From an uncultured Pelagibacteraceae bacterium (GTDB taxonomy: Bacteria > Pseudomonadota > Alphaproteobacteria > Pelagibacterales > AG-422-B15), in contig CACLBX010000001.1 in the NCBI GenBank assembly GCA_902605215.1, positions 35,504 through 99,503 on the forward strand: 64,000 nucleotides of DNA, written 5' to 3'. Under the pieces are notes generated by a model that had not been told where the DNA came from, did not search any database, and worked only from the letters and a program-made list of their open reading frames with translations. The position numbers and the translations under genes are program-made. This document shows, in pieces, positions 20,896 to 30,538 of this stretch (positions within the stretch are counted from its first letter, which is position 1; every line of letters starts with the position of its first letter).

Positions 20896-21771
20896 ATGAA
20901 AGATGGGTGGATCTTTATAGATAAACCTAAGGAGATAAGTTCATTTGAAGTTATCAGGAAACTAAGAAAAATTCTTAATATTAAAAAAATCGGTCATGCA
21001 GGAACGCTAGATCCATTTGCTACTGGGGTACTGGCAGTAGCACTAGGTGAAGCAACAAAAAGTATATCATATTTTAATGCTAGCAAATTCTATAAATTTC
21101 GAGTTTTATTTGGAATATCAAAAGACACTGACGACTCTACTGGTAAAACTCTGCAGACCTCAAATGCAATTCCATCAAAAAAAGATATTGATGTATGTCT
21201 AAAAAATTTCATTGGTTTTCAACAACAGGTCCCTCCAAGATACTCAGCAGTAAAAATAAATGGCAAAAGGGCCTATAAATTGGCAAGAGAAAACAAAACC
21301 TTTGAAATTAAGTCTAAAGAAGTAAATATTTATAATCTCAAGTGCGAAGCTAGCCAAAAAAAAGAAGAATACATATTTACTATGGAATGCTCTAGTGGAA
21401 CCTATGTAAGATCATTTGCTAGAGATCTAGGCAAAATGCTTAATACATTTGCTCATGTTTCTGAGTTAAGAAGGATCAAAATTGGAAAATTTGGTGAAAA
21501 TAATATTATTTTACTAGATAATTTAGCTGAATTAGTACATATTGGCGATCATTTTGAGATAATACATTCAATCCAAGATGTACTGGACGACATCCCGGCA
21601 GTACAACTAAATAGTGATTTAAGTAAGAAATTTCGAAATGGACTAAACTTTGATTACTTTAATGAAGATATATTTGAAGATACTTTATTAATTATATCCG
21701 ATGAAAAACTTTTAGGCATTGGCAAAGTTATAGAGGGAAAAATAAAACCTGTAAGGGTTTTCAATTTGTAA
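20896..21771 (+). CDS. truB: tRNA pseudouridine55 synthase
   Basis: 291 aa with the catalytic motif GHAGTLDPFATG. Confidence 0.93.
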   Translation: MKDGWIFIDKPKEISSFEVIRKLRKILNIKKIGHAGTLDPFATGVLAVALGEATKSISYFNASKFYKFRVLFGISKDTDDSTGKTLQTSNAIPSKKDIDVCLKNFIGFQQQVPPRYSAVKINGKRAYKLARENKTFEIKSKEVNIYNLKCEASQKKEEYIFTMECSSGTYVRSFARDLGKMLNTFAHVSELRRIKIGKFGENNIILLDNLAELVHIGDHFEIIHSIQDVLDDIPAVQLNSDLSKKFRNGLNFDYFNEDIFEDTLLIISDEKLLGIGKVIEGKIKPVRVFNL

Positions 21772-21782
21772 AAGGATAAGAG

Positions 21783-22052
21783 ATGTCGATAAAAAGTGAA
21801 AGTAAAAGTAAACTCATAAATGAGTACTCAAGATCAGAAAAAGATACAGGTTCTCCAGAAGTACAAATAGCGATTCTTACTGAGAGAATTACCAATCTAA
21901 CTGGACATTTTCAATCTCATAAAAAAGATAACCATTCTAGAACAGGACTAATGAGATTGATAAATCAAAGACGCAGTTTGCTAGCGTATTTAAAGAAAAG
22001 CAATAAAGATTCTTATGACAAGTTAATCGATAAATTAGGAATTAGAAAATAA
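21783..22052 (+). CDS. rpsO: 30S ribosomal protein S15
   Basis: 89 aa: [36 protein letters not shown]. Confidence 0.96.
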   Translation: MSIKSESKSKLINEYSRSEKDTGSPEVQIAILTERITNLTGHFQSHKKDNHSRTGLMRLINQRRSLLAYLKKSNKDSYDKLIDKLGIRK

Positions 22053-22082
22053 TAATGAACTATATTAAATTTAAAGGAATGA

Positions 22083-24158
22083 ATGAATATGAAAGAAGTG
22101 ATTTCAAGAGAAATGAACTGGGGCGACCAGAAACTAAAAATAGAAACAGGAAAAGTAGCAAAACAGGCAACAGCATCAACAATTGTTAGCTATGGTGATA
22201 CAGTTGTTATGGCAAACGTCGTAGCAGCTAAAGAGCCAAAACCAGATTTAGATTTTTTTCCACTTACAGTAAGTTATCAGGAAAAATTTTATGCTGCTGG
22301 TAAAATTCCAGGCGGTTTTTTTAAAAGAGAGGGAAGACCAACAGAGTTTGAAACTCTTACTTCAAGATTAATCGATCGTCCGATCAGGCCTCTCTTTCCA
22401 GAAGGCTTTAAAAATGAAACTCAAGTTATATTAACTGTGCTTTCGCATGATGGAGAAACCAACCCTGACATTGTTGCAATGATAGCGGCCTCAAGTGCAT
22501 TAACATTGTCTGGAGTTCCTTTTATGGGCCCGATTGGTGGATGTAGAGTGGGTTATGATGGATCAAATTATACATTGAATCCAAAAATAAATGATGATGG
22601 AGATCTTGATCTTGTCGTTGCAGGCACTAGCGACGCTGTACTAATGGTTGAATCTGAAGCGAAGCAGCTTTCAGAGGAAATAATGTTAGGAGCGGTAAAG
22701 TTTGGTCATGAGTCAATGCAAGAAGTTATAAAAATCATAATCAATCTTGCTGAGGAATGCGCAAATGACCCTTGGGAGTTCAGTCATACAATTAATGAGT
22801 CATTGTTAGATGAAATTAAAAAAACTTGTGAAGATAAAATTGCGAAGAGTTACTCAATTGTTGATAAGATGGAAAGACAAAGTTCGCTTTCTGAAATTAA
22901 GTCAAGTTTAGAGGATCAATATAAAGAAAACGAGAAATACAGCATCAACGAGGTGATGGGATATTTTAAAAAAATCGAAAAAAATGTTGTTAGATCTCAA
23001 ATATTAAATAATCAATCTAGAATTGACGGTCGAAAGTTAGATGAAGTAAGAAATATTTCGTCGGAAGTATCGTGGCTACCAAGAACGCATGGATCTGCTT
23101 TATTTACAAGAGGAGAGACTCAAGCAATTGTTGTGGCAACTTTAGGATTTGGCGAAGATGAACAAAGAATTGAGGCTTTGCAAGGATCATACAAAGAAAA
23201 TTTCATGCTTCATTATAATTTTCCGCCATATTCAGTTGGTGAAGTAGGAAGACTAGGAGCAACAGGTAGACGTGAAATTGGTCATGGAAAACTTGCATGG
23301 AGAGCTCTAAAGGCAGTTTTACCATCAAAAGATGATTTTGATTATACCATTAGATTAGTCTCAGATATTACTGAATCAAATGGATCATCTTCTATGGCAA
23401 CTGTGTGTGGTTCATCACTTGCATTAATGGATGCAGGAGTGCCTATTAAAAACGCTGTTTCAGGAATAGCAATGGGCTTAATAAAAGAAGGTGATGATTT
23501 TGCAGTTCTATCAGACATTTTGGGAGATGAAGACCACCTTGGTGACATGGACTTTAAGGTGGCAGGAACCAAGGAAGGTGTAACCTCTCTTCAAATGGAC
23601 ATTAAGATCACAGGCATCACCTATGAGATTATGGAGAAAGCACTTGAACAAGCAAAGGGTGGAAGAGACTATATTCTTAACGAAATGAACAAAGAAATTT
23701 CTGAAGCTAGAACAGAACTAGGCCCTTACACTCCTCGGAGTGAGACAATAAAAGTCAAAAGAGACAATATTGGAGAAATAATTGGTAAAGGTGGTTCTAC
23801 TATTAAAGACATAATAGAAAAATCGGGAGCAAAGATTGACATAAGTGATAACGGAAATGTAAAAATTGCCGGAACTAATAACGAAAGTATTGAGGCAGCT
23901 AAAGAACTAATCAACTCTATAATTGAAGAGCCAGAAGTGGGACAAGTTTATGAGGGTAAGGTTGTTAAGATTATGGAATTTGGTGCTTTTGTTAACTTCT
24001 TTGGAAAAAGAGATGGCCTTGTTCATATTTCTCAACTCTCTAAAGAAAGAGTTGAAAAAGTTACTGACGTAGTAAATGAGGGTGATATAGTCAAGGTAAA
24101 GGTTCTTGGTTTTGATAAGGGTAAAGTTAAATTATCAATAAAGGATACTGAAGAATAA
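22083..24158 (+). CDS. pnp: polyribonucleotide nucleotidyltransferase (PNPase)
   Basis: 691 aa. Two RNase PH domains, then KH ([10 protein letters not shown]) and S1 ([15 protein letters not shown]). Confidence 0.97.
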   Translation: MNMKEVISREMNWGDQKLKIETGKVAKQATASTIVSYGDTVVMANVVAAKEPKPDLDFFPLTVSYQEKFYAAGKIPGGFFKREGRPTEFETLTSRLIDRPIRPLFPEGFKNETQVILTVLSHDGETNPDIVAMIAASSALTLSGVPFMGPIGGCRVGYDGSNYTLNPKINDDGDLDLVVAGTSDAVLMVESEAKQLSEEIMLGAVKFGHESMQEVIKIIINLAEECANDPWEFSHTINESLLDEIKKTCEDKIAKSYSIVDKMERQSSLSEIKSSLEDQYKENEKYSINEVMGYFKKIEKNVVRSQILNNQSRIDGRKLDEVRNISSEVSWLPRTHGSALFTRGETQAIVVATLGFGEDEQRIEALQGSYKENFMLHYNFPPYSVGEVGRLGATGRREIGHGKLAWRALKAVLPSKDDFDYTIRLVSDITESNGSSSMATVCGSSLALMDAGVPIKNAVSGIAMGLIKEGDDFAVLSDILGDEDHLGDMDFKVAGTKEGVTSLQMDIKITGITYEIMEKALEQAKGGRDYILNEMNKEISEARTELGPYTPRSETIKVKRDNIGEIIGKGGSTIKDIIEKSGAKIDISDNGNVKIAGTNNESIEAAKELINSIIEEPEVGQVYEGKVVKIMEFGAFVNFFGKRDGLVHISQLSKERVEKVTDVVNEGDIVKVKVLGFDKGKVKLSIKDTEE

Positions 24159-24174
24159 TTTTTTAAAAATTAAA

Positions 24175-25626
24175 ATGATCCAAATAGATACTTCTGAAGA
24201 TAAGCTTCATGAAGAGTGTGGTGTATTTGGTATATTCGGAAGTCCAGACGCATCAACTTTAACAGCTCTAGGATTACATGCCCTGCAGCATAGAGGGCAA
24301 GAAGGTGCGGGCATTGTCACTTTTGATGGAGAAAAATTTCACGGTGTTAGAAGACCTGGCCTAGTTGGTGACCACTTTAATAAAACAGAAGTTATAGAGA
24401 GGCTCTTAGGCAGCAACGCTATAGGCCATGTAAGATATTCTACAACTGGTAACTCAATACTAAAAAATATCCAGCCACTATATGCAGATCTATCCTCAGG
24501 TGGTTTTGCTTGTGCGCATAATGGAAATTTAACAAATGCATCTATTTTGAGGGATTCTCTTGTTAAAGATGGTGCCATATTTCAGTCAACATCTGACACA
24601 GAAACAATTCTTCAGCTTGTAGCTAAATCAAGTAGGCAGCAAACAGTTGATAAATTAATTGATGCTTTATTCAAAATTCAAGGAGCTTATTCATTAGTAA
24701 TATTAACAAATAAGAAATTAATTGGAGTAAGGGATCCTTATGGTATTCGCCCTCTCGTTCTTGGTGATCTTAATGGAGCACCCGTACTGACGTCAGAAAC
24801 TTGTGCACTAGATATTATAGGAGCGAAATATGTTAGAGATGTTGAGCATGGTGAAATAATTATTATATCTGAAGATGGCATGGAAAGTATAAAGCCATTC
24901 CCTAAAGTTCAAGAAAGGCCATGTATTTTTGAGAGAATATATTTTTCAAGACCTGATAGTATAGTTGGGGGCAAAACTGTTTACACTTATAGAAAAAGTT
25001 TAGGTCAAGAGCTTGCAAAAGAAAATAATATTGATGCTGATGTGATTATTCCAGTACCTGATTCTGGTGTGCCGGCAGCACTTGGATACTCCCAGGAGTC
25101 CAAAATCCCATTTGAATTAGGTATTATAAGAAATCACTATGTGGGCCGTACATTTATAGAGCCGTCACAATCTATTAGGCAATTTGGTGTAAAGTTAAAA
25201 CACAATGCAAACTCCTCTTATATAGAAAACAAGAAAGTTATTTTGATTGACGACTCAATAGTTAGAGGCACAACAGCAAAAAAAATTATAAAGATGGTTT
25301 ATGATGCTGGCGCTAAAGAAGTACATCTTGGAATTGCATGCCCTCCTATTAAGCACCCAGATTTTTATGGAATTGATACGCCAGATTACAATGAGTTAAT
25401 AGCGGCAAAATCCTCATTAGAGGAAATCAATAATGTCATTGGTTCAAAATCAATATTCTTTCTTTCTTTAGAGGGAACTTATAAAGCGATGGGTTATGAA
25501 AAAAGAGATAACGAAACACCCCAATTTACAGATCATTGTTTCACAGGTGATTATCCAACTAGTCTTTTAGATAGAGAACAGGGAACGGTATCAAAACAAT
25601 TTTCGCTTTTGTCCGAAAAGAATTAA
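24175..25626 (+). CDS. purF: amidophosphoribosyltransferase
   Basis: 483 aa. Propeptide then CGVFGIFG (Ntn Cys); PRPP motif VILIDDSIVRGTT. Confidence 0.95.
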   Translation: MIQIDTSEDKLHEECGVFGIFGSPDASTLTALGLHALQHRGQEGAGIVTFDGEKFHGVRRPGLVGDHFNKTEVIERLLGSNAIGHVRYSTTGNSILKNIQPLYADLSSGGFACAHNGNLTNASILRDSLVKDGAIFQSTSDTETILQLVAKSSRQQTVDKLIDALFKIQGAYSLVILTNKKLIGVRDPYGIRPLVLGDLNGAPVLTSETCALDIIGAKYVRDVEHGEIIIISEDGMESIKPFPKVQERPCIFERIYFSRPDSIVGGKTVYTYRKSLGQELAKENNIDADVIIPVPDSGVPAALGYSQESKIPFELGIIRNHYVGRTFIEPSQSIRQFGVKLKHNANSSYIENKKVILIDDSIVRGTTAKKIIKMVYDAGAKEVHLGIACPPIKHPDFYGIDTPDYNELIAAKSSLEEINNVIGSKSIFFLSLEGTYKAMGYEKRDNETPQFTDHCFTGDYPTSLLDREQGTVSKQFSLLSEKN

Positions 25627-26402
25627 ATTTCTTTCGGAACTCCCACCTTATTATACCCACAATCTACGTAATGAACTTCTCCTGTAACGCCTGAAGACAT
25701 ATCACTCAGTAAATACAGGCCTGATTTACCAACATCTTCGAGGCTAATATTTCTATTCATGAGTGAGTTTTTCTCTGACCATTTCATCATGTCTTTACCA
25801 CCTGAGATACCAGCCATTGCAAGAGTTTTCATTGGACCTGCAGAGAGAGCATTAACTCTAATGTTTGAGGGCCCTAAATCAGCCGCTAAATATCTTACGC
25901 TTGACTCCAAAGCAGCTTTTGCGACTCCCATTACATTGTAATTTCTAATATATTTCTGGGAGCCGTCATAGGTTAAGGTAAGCATTGATCCTCCATTCTT
26001 CATAAGTTTTTCAGCCTCATGAGCAACTTCAGTAAATGAAAAACATGAAATCAACATGGTGTTCGAAAAGTTATCTCTAGAAGTATTTAGATATTTACCT
26101 TTCAATTCATCTTTATTTGAGAAAGCAATAGAATGTAAAATAAAATCAATAGTTCCCCATCTTTCTTCAATGATTTTGAAAGAATCTTTTATAGAACCAT
26201 CTTTTAAGACATCACACTCAATTAAAAAATCGTTATTGATCGATTCTGCTAACGGCTTTACTCTTCTTTCTAAAGACTCACCTTGGTAAGTAAAACAGAG
26301 TTCAGCTCCCTCATAAGCAAGTTGTTGTGATATTCCCCAAGCGATCGAATGATCGTTTGCAACTCCCATTATAATACCTTTTTTACCACTCAGTGATTTC
26401 AT
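25623..26402 (-). CDS. fabI: enoyl-[acyl-carrier-protein] reductase (NADH)
   Basis: 259 aa. [12 protein letters not shown] and the Tyr/Lys region [12 protein letters not shown]. Overlaps fabB by 4 nt. Confidence 0.92.
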   Translation of the reverse strand: MKSLSGKKGIIMGVANDHSIAWGISQQLAYEGAELCFTYQGESLERRVKPLAESINNDFLIECDVLKDGSIKDSFKIIEERWGTIDFILHSIAFSNKDELKGKYLNTSRDNFSNTMLISCFSFTEVAHEAEKLMKNGGSMLTLTYDGSQKYIRNYNVMGVAKAALESSVRYLAADLGPSNIRVNALSAGPMKTLAMAGISGGKDMMKWSEKNSLMNRNISLEDVGKSGLYLLSDMSSGVTGEVHYVDCGYNKVGVPKEI

Positions 26403-27610
26403 GACTCATACCTTCTAAAAACTAAAGAAGCATTAGTTCCACCAAAACCAAAACTATTACTCATTGCTGTATTAATTTTTTCATCTATACGAGAAGTCAA
26501 TATATTCATACCATTAGCATCTTCATCTAACTTTTCAATATTTGCTGACTCTGATAAAAAATTGTTATTCATCATAAGTAAAGTATAAATTGACTCGTGT
26601 ACTCCCGCTGCTCCAAGTGAATGTCCACTTAAAGATTTAGTAGAGCTTATAAATGGAACTTCATTTTTAAAAACTTCTTTAATAGCTTTTAATTCAGCCT
26701 TGTCTCCAACAGGAGTTGAGGTTCCATGGGCATTTATATAGTCAACTTTTTCTATATCCTTAGTTGCCATAAGCATGCACCTTGCCGCACCCTCTCCTGA
26801 AGGCTGAACCATATCATAGCCATCTGAAGTCGCTCCGTAGCCTACAAGTTCTGCATATATTTTAGCATTTCTTTTTATTGCAGTTTCTAGTTCCTCAAGA
26901 ACCACTACACCTCCTCCTCCAGCAATTACAAAACCGTCTCTTTGAGAGTCAAAAGCTCTCGAGGCTTTAGTTGGATCATCATTATATTTTGATGAAAGAG
27001 CTGGCATCGCATCAAATAAAGCCGATAAAGTCCAGTCAAGCTCTTCACCACCACCAGCAAAAACTCTATCTTGCTTACCTAATTGAATAAGCTCATAAGC
27101 ATTACCTATACAGTGGGCGCTCGTAGAACAAGCAGAACTAATAGAATAGTTAACTCCTTTAATTTTAAAATATGTCGATAAGGTTGCAGAGTTTGTACTG
27201 CACATAACTTTGGGAACACTAGTGGGTCCAATTTTTCTTGGGCCTTTTTCTCTTGTAATATCAAATGCTCTTAACAGACTTTTAGTTGATGGGCCACCAG
27301 ACCCCATTATTAACCCTGTTTGATTATTTGAAATTTCATCTTCACTTAAATTTGAATCACTTATAGCCTCATTCATCGCTAAATAATTGTAGCTTGCCCC
27401 ATCACCCATGAACCTTAAAAATTTTCTTTCAATTGACTCTTCTAAATTTAAATTAATTTGCCCACTAACTTGACTTCTAAATCCCATATCTTTTTGAGAC
27501 TCATCAAACACAATGCCAGATTTCGTATTAAAAAGTGAGTTATTTACTTCACTTTTATTATTTCCTAAAGATGAGACTATTCCTATTCCTGTAATTACAA
27601 CTCTTCTCAT
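26399..27610 (-). CDS. fabB: 3-oxoacyl-ACP synthase I
   Basis: 403 aa. Active-site [27 protein letters not shown]. Sits immediately after fabA. Confidence 0.92.
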   Translation of the reverse strand: MRRVVITGIGIVSSLGNNKSEVNNSLFNTKSGIVFDESQKDMGFRSQVSGQINLNLEESIERKFLRFMGDGASYNYLAMNEAISDSNLSEDEISNNQTGLIMGSGGPSTKSLLRAFDITREKGPRKIGPTSVPKVMCSTNSATLSTYFKIKGVNYSISSACSTSAHCIGNAYELIQLGKQDRVFAGGGEELDWTLSALFDAMPALSSKYNDDPTKASRAFDSQRDGFVIAGGGGVVVLEELETAIKRNAKIYAELVGYGATSDGYDMVQPSGEGAARCMLMATKDIEKVDYINAHGTSTPVGDKAELKAIKEVFKNEVPFISSTKSLSGHSLGAAGVHESIYTLLMMNNNFLSESANIEKLDEDANGMNILTSRIDEKINTAMSNSFGFGGTNASLVFRRYES

Positions 27611-28110
27611 TATTTGATTAGGCCAACTTTGAGCCCCTCTGCTGTATATATTTCCTTACCATCCACCAAAACAGAACCGTCACCAACGCCAACAATGACA
27701 CCTCTTTTTATTATTTTCTTCATGTTAATTTTATACTCAACGAGTTTAGATTCTTTTAATATTTCACCACCAAATTTCACACTCGAAGAGCCTAAAGCTC
27801 TTCCCCGTCCAGGGTTACCGATCCAACCTAAATAGAAACCCACGAGCTGCCACATTGCATCTAATCCCAAGCATCCAGGCATGACAGGATCCATCTCAAA
27901 ATGACAATCAAAAAACCAAAGATCTGGATTAATATCTAGCTCAGCAAGGATCTCTCCCTTTTCATATTTTCCACTGTCATCTGTGATTTTAGTAATGCGG
28001 TCAAACATTAACATTGGGGGCAAGGGCAGTCTTGCATTGCCAATACCAAACATAGTCCCATGAGCACATTCCAGTAATTCTTCTTTTGTAAAGCTTGATT
28101 TTTTTTCCAC
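27610..28110 (-). CDS. fabA: 3-hydroxydecanoyl-ACP dehydratase/isomerase
   Basis: 166 aa: [31 protein letters not shown]. Confidence 0.94.
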   Translation of the reverse strand: MEKKSSFTKEELLECAHGTMFGIGNARLPLPPMLMFDRITKITDDSGKYEKGEILAELDINPDLWFFDCHFEMDPVMPGCLGLDAMWQLVGFYLGWIGNPGRGRALGSSSVKFGGEILKESKLVEYKINMKKIIKRGVIVGVGDGSVLVDGKEIYTAEGLKVGLIK

Positions 28111-28203
28111 TAAGGTTATTTATCTCATTGTTTTATATGAAGTTTAATTAGACTAATGTATTATTATTGTAAAATACATTAAATTTTATTAAATAGTAAA
28201 ATT

Positions 28204-28596
28204 ATGAATGATATTAAGCAGTTGCTAAGATCTAATGCCTTGAGGCCAACAAAGCAAAGAATAGTTATAGCAAGCTATTTATTTGATGGTAATGATAAGC
28301 ATGTAACTGCTGAAAGCTTGTCTACGGAGCTTGCTAAAAGAAAGCACTTAATATCACTGGCCACAATTTATAATACACTTCACGATTTTTATGAAAATGG
28401 ACTTTTGAAAAAACTTACTCTTAGTGCTGATAGAGTCTATTTTGATACAAATACAGATGATCATCATCATTTCTATTCTGAAAAAGACCAATTCCTAATT
28501 GATATTAATAAGAACATAAAAGTAAATGGCTTGCCTAAGACTCCAAAAAATAAAAAAATTAATAAGATTGAAGTTATTGTACACCTCGATAAGTAA
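28204..28596 (+). CDS. irr: Fur-family iron response regulator, Irr type
   Basis: 130 aa. Winged helix (RPTKQRIVIASYLF.. ATIYNTLHDFYENG), DDHHHF triple-His motif as in rhizobial Irr, no Cys-Pro heme-regulatory motif and no CxxC. Divergent from fabA as in many alphaproteobacteria. A perfect ICE operator lies 24 nt downstream. Confidence 0.8.
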   Translation: MNDIKQLLRSNALRPTKQRIVIASYLFDGNDKHVTAESLSTELAKRKHLISLATIYNTLHDFYENGLLKKLTLSADRVYFDTNTDDHHHFYSEKDQFLIDINKNIKVNGLPKTPKNKKINKIEVIVHLDK

Positions 28597-28613
28597 TTGA
28601 TAATAGTTATCAA
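28597..28613. promoter_or_regulatory. perfect 7-N3-7 palindrome TTGATAA-TAG-TTATCAA (Fur-box-like GATAA/TTATC arms)
   Basis: Read directly. Begins at the base after the irr stop codon, 6 nt upstream of the ICE. A regulatory function is inferred only. Confidence 0.4.
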
Positions 28614-28619
28614 TATCAG

Positions 28620-28636
28620 TTTAGAATGATTCTAAA
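28620..28636. promoter_or_regulatory. iron control element (Irr operator) TTTAGAA-TGA-TTCTAAA
   Basis: Both arms are identical to the B. japonicum ICE consensus TTTAGAA-N3-TTCTAAA. Sits in the promoter region of a rubrerythrin gene next to an Irr-type gene. Confidence 0.7.
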
Positions 28637-28639
28637 GTG

Positions 28640-28667
28640 TTGACAATATTTGAATCAACCTTATATA
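28640..28667 (+). promoter_or_regulatory. candidate sigma70-type promoter of the rubrerythrin operon (TTGACA-16 nt-TATATA)
   Basis: -35 TTGACA at 28640-28645 and -10 TATATA at 28662-28667; GAGGA ribosome-binding site before the ATG at 28708. An alternative -10, TAGAAT at 28622-28627, lies inside the ICE. Confidence 0.45.
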
Positions 28668-28707
28668 GAAAAATAATCATTAATTAATTATTGTTGAGGA
28701 AGAAGAC

Positions 28708-29127
28708 ATGACTGAATTAAAAGAAAGTAAAACGCTTGATAATTTGAAAGCAGCATTCGCTGGTGAAAGTCAAGCAAACAGAAGATATTTATATTTTGCT
28801 CAAAAGGCAGACGTAGAAGGCCACAATGATGTAGCTGCAGTATTTAGGTCTACTGCCGAGGGTGAAACTGGCCATGCTCATGGTCATTTAGAATTCATGG
28901 AAGAAGTTGGCGATCCAGAGACTGGTAAACCAATTGGATCAACAGAAGATAACCTAAAAGCTGCAATCGCAGGTGAAACGCATGAGTACACGGATATGTA
29001 TCCTGGGATGGCAAAGACAGCACGAGAAGAAGGTTTTGATGAAATTGCAGACTGGTTTGAAACGTTAGCAAAAGCTGAAAAATCTCACGCAGGTAAATTC
29101 CAAAAAACACTAGACTCAATCGATTAA
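28708..29127 (+). CDS. rubrerythrin-family diiron protein without rubredoxin domain (erythrin type)
   Basis: 139 aa. Diiron ligand helices [39 protein letters not shown]. No C-terminal CxxC..CxxC domain. Confidence 0.87.
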   Translation: MTELKESKTLDNLKAAFAGESQANRRYLYFAQKADVEGHNDVAAVFRSTAEGETGHAHGHLEFMEEVGDPETGKPIGSTEDNLKAAIAGETHEYTDMYPGMAKTAREEGFDEIADWFETLAKAEKSHAGKFQKTLDSID

Positions 29128-29134
29128 GTTATTT

Positions 29135-29155
29135 GGGGCTGTAATAAACAGCCCC
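29135..29155 (+). other. GC-rich stem-loop GGGGCTGT-AATAA-ACAGCCCC between rubrerythrin and the Fe-S gene (no T-run)
   Basis: Perfect 8-bp stem read directly, 7 nt after the rubrerythrin stop and 11 nt before the next ATG. Confidence 0.55.
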
Positions 29156-29166
29156 TAACTTAAATA

Positions 29167-30507
29167 ATGGATTACAAAAAAGAAGGAAGCCTTGCTGCAC
29201 CTACTAGGGACCTAGTAGATTGGAATTCTGAAAGTTACACCAACGAAGAAGAGTTAAACGCCGAGATGAAAAGGCAGTTTGAGGTTTGTCATAGTTGTAG
29301 AAGATGTTTTAATCTCTGTGACAGCTTTCCGACGTTATTTGATTTGATTGATGACTCTCCAAATGAATCAGTTGATGACCTCACCAAGAAAGATTTTGAA
29401 GACATTACAGATAAATGTACGCTATGTGATATGTGTTTCATGACTAAATGTCCATACGTTCCACCACATGAATTTAACATTGATTTTCCTCACCTTATGT
29501 TGCGTTATAGAACTCTTCAGGATAAGCAAAATAAGTTGCCAAAAATTCCTAGAGAGCTGGCTAAAATAGATCGCAATGCTAATCTTGCCAAAATTTCTAC
29601 CAGTTTTGCAAATTGGAGTTCTGACAAAAAAAATAGTCTAACACGGCGACCACTGGAAATGATAAGTGGCATTGATAAAGACGCTGAGTTACCCAAGTTC
29701 GAAAAAAAGACATTCCACGAATTATCAGAAAAGATTGATATTAAAGTAAATGCAAATGCACCTGCTTTCGGAAGAAAAGTTGCAATTTACTCAACGTGCT
29801 ATGTCAATTTCAATAATTCAAAGGTTGGAATTGCTGCTCAAAAAGTACTAAATCATAATGGTGTTGAAACTATTTCTTCATATCCCGGATGCTGCGGTAT
29901 GCCACATTTAGAGCAAGCTCAGCATGAAAAAGTAATTAAACAGTCCGAAATTGTTTCTGATGAACTCTGCAGCTTGATAGACCAGGGATATCAAATCGTT
30001 ACTTTAACTGCGAGTTGTGGACTCATGCTTAAATTTGAATGGCCACTTCTCAATCCTAATAATAAAAATGTAAAAAAACTTTCAAAAAATGTTTTTGATA
30101 TTGATGAGTTTATCGTTGATATAAGTAAAAAAGAGGGATTAGTTGAAGGTCTTAATTCCCTTGATGGAGGAGTGACGGTTCACAATGCATGTCACGCAAG
30201 AGCTCAGAACATGGGCAATAAAGCTATGGAGATGTTAAAGAAATTACCTGATACAAAAGTTGATGTTGTAGAAAAGTGCGCAGGGCATGGAGGAACTTTT
30301 GGAGTTATGAAGAAAACTCGAAAGTCAGCAAATAAGTACGGCAAAGCAACAGCTAGACAAATTAAAAATAAGAAAAATAAGTTAATGGTTTCAGATTGCC
30401 CTCTTGCTTGCAAGCACCTTAATGAGTTTTTAAATGAAGACAAAGACTCAAATTATATTTCAATGCATCCAATAGAAGTAGTAGCTCAAGCATACAATCT
30501 CTCTTGA
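29167..30507 (+). CDS. (Fe-S)-binding oxidoreductase, GlpC/HdrD/LutA-like (2x ferredoxin-type clusters plus 2 CCG domains)
   Basis: 446 aa. CHSCRRCFNLCDSFP and CTLCDMCFMTKCPY, then the CCG-type regions STCYVNF..PGCCGMP and NACHARA..KCAGHGG..SDCPLAC. Confidence 0.75.
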   Translation: MDYKKEGSLAAPTRDLVDWNSESYTNEEELNAEMKRQFEVCHSCRRCFNLCDSFPTLFDLIDDSPNESVDDLTKKDFEDITDKCTLCDMCFMTKCPYVPPHEFNIDFPHLMLRYRTLQDKQNKLPKIPRELAKIDRNANLAKISTSFANWSSDKKNSLTRRPLEMISGIDKDAELPKFEKKTFHELSEKIDIKVNANAPAFGRKVAIYSTCYVNFNNSKVGIAAQKVLNHNGVETISSYPGCCGMPHLEQAQHEKVIKQSEIVSDELCSLIDQGYQIVTLTASCGLMLKFEWPLLNPNNKNVKKLSKNVFDIDEFIVDISKKEGLVEGLNSLDGGVTVHNACHARAQNMGNKAMEMLKKLPDTKVDVVEKCAGHGGTFGVMKKTRKSANKYGKATARQIKNKKNKLMVSDCPLACKHLNEFLNEDKDSNYISMHPIEVVAQAYNLS

Positions 30508-30538
30508 TTTTATAAAGTTAGGCACTACATAAATCCGT

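Noticed and set aside
25759-27835. Plus-strand ORFs 25759..25941, 26056..26289 and 27614..27835 opposite fabI and fabA
   Set aside because: They are antisense to well-supported fab genes, short, and without motifs.
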